Part shown: in pieces, positions 62,725 through 64,000 of the stretch
Position numbering within the stretch: the first letter of the stretch is position 1
Layout: each line of letters begins with the position of its first letter
From: Phoronis australis
Lineage: Eukaryota; Animalia; Phoronida
Direction of reading: 5' to 3'
Length of the DNA: 64,000 bases
Assembly (NCBI GenBank): GCA_002633005.1
Contig: NMRA01000596.1
Coordinates: forward strand, 125,494 to 189,493
Program-made: the position numbers and the translations under genes
The notes under the pieces: generated by a model
Told to the model about the DNA's origin: nothing
Database searches by the model: none
What the model saw: the letters and a program-made list of their open reading frames with translations, nothing else

Positions 62725-64000
62725 TCTTTATTTTTATAAGAATTTATTAGCATTTATAAAACAGTGCAAAAACAAACAAACAAACAAATAAGTACATCCA
62801 TTCATTCACGAATGCACACCTCAGGAAAGAGCATTCTCGTATCTCGATTAAAGTAAATAACTTTTACATGTAGTAAACGTGAACAACGAAATTTTCCCCT
62901 TTCGCAGAGAAGCTGTCATATACAAAGTTTTTGTATGCAATTAATTTTCCAGCATTGTATTACTCATGAGTATATGTAATAAACCTGTGAAAATAAGGTA
63001 TATTTTTGTGACATCCCTCCTTGTAAATGTACTGTTTGGCTATTATAAGCAAAATGTTAAAAAGAAAATCATGCGTCTCGTAAAGTCCAAGAATAATTCG
63101 ATCGTAAGAGAGACTGTTGGGAAGCTGAATGCGTCACTTTTGCATTAGCTGTCCGAATTCCTTCCAGAAATCTTGTACAATGCCACATTCCCAAAAAAGG
63201 TGTGACAGCGTCTCTGGAGCTTTATTACAAAAGGAACATAAATTAGAATCCCTAACACCGATTTTGACTAAAAAGGTATTTGTTGCAATAATCCTGTGTA
63301 GTATTCTAAATAAGAACCATCTAATGTTAGGATCCTTTGTAATTTCATAAGGCACTGCGTATATTTTCTTCCAATCTAAACTATCCCCTAACTCTATTTC
63401 CCATTTACACTCTGAATTAGAAGGTTTCTTAACGTCATTAGAGACTGAACAAATATGTCTACAACCCTCCAAATCTTTCTGTAAGTAAGTGATTGCTAAA
63501 GGCATGCAAGGAGCGTAGACATTAACACTTTTAAATTAACTTTGAGATAGACTTTTGTGAAACCTTCTTAGAACGGAAACAACACCATTATATACTACAA
63601 AGTTGGTTTTTACATCGAACTTATTTTTCATATGGTTCAAACTAACGAAACCACCATCAGAGGTATACTCTAATACATCTTAAGCCTTTTACAAATCAAG
63701 GCTTATAAAAAACACTTGTGCATCCGATCGCCAAGTTACTATTAAACCACAAATGTTGACTCAAAAAGTTCTTCTTACTTGCAACAATTATTTTTTGTAG
63801 AAAATGTCATACTTCCAAATACTTCGCGCCAGTAGGAATTACCAATTAGAGCTAATATCGTCTTAATAAAGTCATCTTCAAATGAAGCAAAATTCTTTAA
63901 GAACGGGTAGAGTGAGTACAGTAATTCACCACTTTTAGACGCAGGGCTTTTAAGATATCTACGGGCCATAGCGAGTTTTAAAGCTTTACTGAAAGTATGC
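62725..64000 (-). mobile_element. 3' part of an L1/Tx1-like LINE (runs off the window)
   Basis: WKKIY...RWFLFRILHRIIATN...CSFCNKAPETLSHLFWEC zinc-binding RT-associated domain; AATAAA and A-rich tail on the minus strand near 62725. Confidence 0.85.

Overview
Repeat-rich, AT-rich eukaryotic genomic DNA with spliceosomal introns; the gene and repeat content suggest a marine invertebrate, but the taxon cannot be fixed from sequence. Single-N assembly joins lie at 1260, 16424, 32622 and 49857. Two complete spliced genes can be assembled by hand on the minus strand with consistent intron phases. The first is a 6-exon, 408-aa secreted protein with signal peptide, PAN/Apple, FN3 and CASPR/neurexin-IV-type fibrinogen-like domains (25095->6815). 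The second is an 8-coding-exon, 356-aa DNase II with both PLD HxK motifs and one GC-AG intron (45279->32423). A head-to-head DNase II paralog starts on the plus strand at 56401; only its first coding exon lies in the window. Most of the rest is transposon-derived: six TTAA-flanked Kolobok-type deletion derivatives in two families, a 2.2-kb non-autonomous Polinton/Maverick-like element (AGTAGT ends, ~305-bp TIRs, 6-bp TSD), a solo LTR with a 5-bp TSD, decayed RTE-X-like, CR1-like, L1/Tx1-like and BEL/Pao-like retroelements, MITEs and tandem repeats. A window-wide signal is about 35 copies of the palindrome TACATGTA, several of which are demonstrably TA->TACATGTA insertions when duplicated sequences are compared. 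All calls are by eye; no database searches were run.
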